Source: Lingula anatina
Lineage: Eukaryota; Animalia; Brachiopoda
Assembly (NCBI GenBank): GCA_051362555.1
Contig: CM120644.1
Location: 24,760,534-24,824,533 of the forward strand
DNA: 64,000 nucleotides
Direction: 5' to 3'
In this document: positions 62,877 to 64,000 of the stretch, one piece after another
How positions within the stretch are numbered: position 1 is the first letter of the stretch
Layout: each line of letters starts with the position of its first letter
Program-made: the position numbers and the translations under genes
Notes under the pieces: model-generated
The model's input: only the letters and a program-made list of their open reading frames with translations
Told to the model about the DNA's origin: nothing
The model's database searches: none

Positions 62877-64000
62877 TCATTTCTCATTAATATACTTGTA
62901 TGTGGATATTTTTCCTCCGGTGTTTACACCTGGGAGTTGGACAAGTTCAGTTCCAACAACAAGCTCACCCTTACTGTTGACGTCAACTGACGCAGGATCC
63001 TCAATGCTGTCATTCCTTGTCAGAATGTTAGGTAGAAATCTTCCGTCCGAACCAAGGACAACCACCCTGTGATTACCACTGTCAGCTATGAAAATGTGTC
63101 CAAACTTATCTATGCACACTCCATCTGGGTACCTCAGTTGTCCGTCTTCACTTCCACTCTGACCTCGTGTTCCGTATTGGAACATGACGTCACCCTGGGG
63201 TGTCACTGCATAGACACAGTGGGCCCTGCAGTCGCTGACTATGATTGCATTGATGCCGTGGTGGTATGCACATCGCAGTGTGCTCTTACTGCACATTGGG
63301 ATAGGGATTCTGTTTACAAGTTGAAAAGATATCATGTCGTACACACAGATGCACTGTGCACCACTATCACACACGAATACCTTACCCTCTGTACGGTCTA
63401 CAGTGACACCACAGGGGTCAGACATATCACCCTCACCAAAACATCGGATAACCTGACCTGATGTTAAATACAGTCTACAGCATTTATCGTAGCTTGTAAC
63501 CACGAATGTATCGTTACTAACTGTAGCGATATATTTCACCCCTGCCTCTATACTGATCTTCCGCTTACATTTACCTGCACTGGAGAATACTGACACTGCT
63601 ACATTATGTAAAACTAAAATACAACCGTCATCTGTGCATTGGATGCCCCACAGTGGCCAGCCCTTAACATTAAAACAAACTTTCCGCTCTGGCTTGTCAA
63701 GCCATGTTACCTTACTTGTGACCTTCTGAAATTCAGTCAGGTCTTGACAGTGACCTCTTTCTTGTTTCAAACTTCCAAAACATGCATCCAAGGGACCCCG
63801 GTATGTTTTGGCCGTAATGGACCCCGTTTTAATGAACAGCGGTCGTGGTTCAGGGATTTTAGGAAACTGTAGCACAACATCCATTTTTGTTTTCCCTGGT
63901 GTAAATGTTATGTCAGTGATCTTGGTATCAAAGACTGGTTCTAATGTCTGTGACTCCTGAATTCTAGGTAGGAGTTTTTTAGAGTGGGTAATGACCTCCA
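62877..64000 (-). CDS. TRIM-NHL protein, 3' half (G8; 5' part lies outside the window)
   Basis: The frame is open from the window edge (EVITHSKKLLPRIQ..) through the full NHL domain to the stop at 62877. Intactness of the 5' half is unknown. Confidence 0.88.
   Translation of the reverse strand, partial: EVITHSKKLLPRIQESQTLEPVFDTKITDITFTPGKTKMDVVLQFPKIPEPRPLFIKTGSITAKTYRGPLDACFGSLKQERGHCQDLTEFQKVTSKVTWLDKPERKVCFNVKGWPLWGIQCTDDGCILVLHNVAVSVFSSAGKCKRKISIEAGVKYIATVSNDTFVVTSYDKCCRLYLTSGQVIRCFGEGDMSDPCGVTVDRTEGKVFVCDSGAQCICVYDMISFQLVNRIPIPMCSKSTLRCAYHHGINAIIVSDCRAHCVYAVTPQGDVMFQYGTRGQSGSEDGQLRYPDGVCIDKFGHIFIADSGNHRVVVLGSDGRFLPNILTRNDSIEDPASVDVNSKGELVVGTELVQLPGVNTGGKISTYKYINEK

Overview
Eukaryotic, AT-rich genomic DNA, most likely from a marine invertebrate; the taxon cannot be fixed from sequence alone. 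The window is a tandem, same-strand (all minus) array of intronless TRIM-NHL genes (C3HC4 RING, two B-boxes, long coiled coil, no filamin domain, NHL beta-propeller). There are 4 intact copies (16815-19055, 27581-29824, 43893-46082, 54502-56715) and 1 copy running off the right edge (62877-64000). There are also 2 frameshifted pseudogenes (1353-3067, 9056-11249), 2 N-terminal stubs (4771-4854, 20909-21023) and 1 C-terminal fragment (27005-27348). Paralogues are nearly invariant in the RING and framework, but hypervariable (substitutions plus in-frame indels) in the loops predicted to form one face of the NHL propeller, and they are mosaics of one another. This is the pattern expected of a diversifying recognition repertoire, and it is the main candidate system. 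Intergenic DNA consists of duplicated flanks and non-autonomous DNA transposons with readable TIRs and TSDs (Ginger-like, Academ-like, piggyBac-like, Harbinger-like, Tc1-like). It also holds two adjacent minisatellite arrays and a duplicated relic promoter/first exon of an unrelated plus-strand gene. All alignments were done by eye and no databases were searched.
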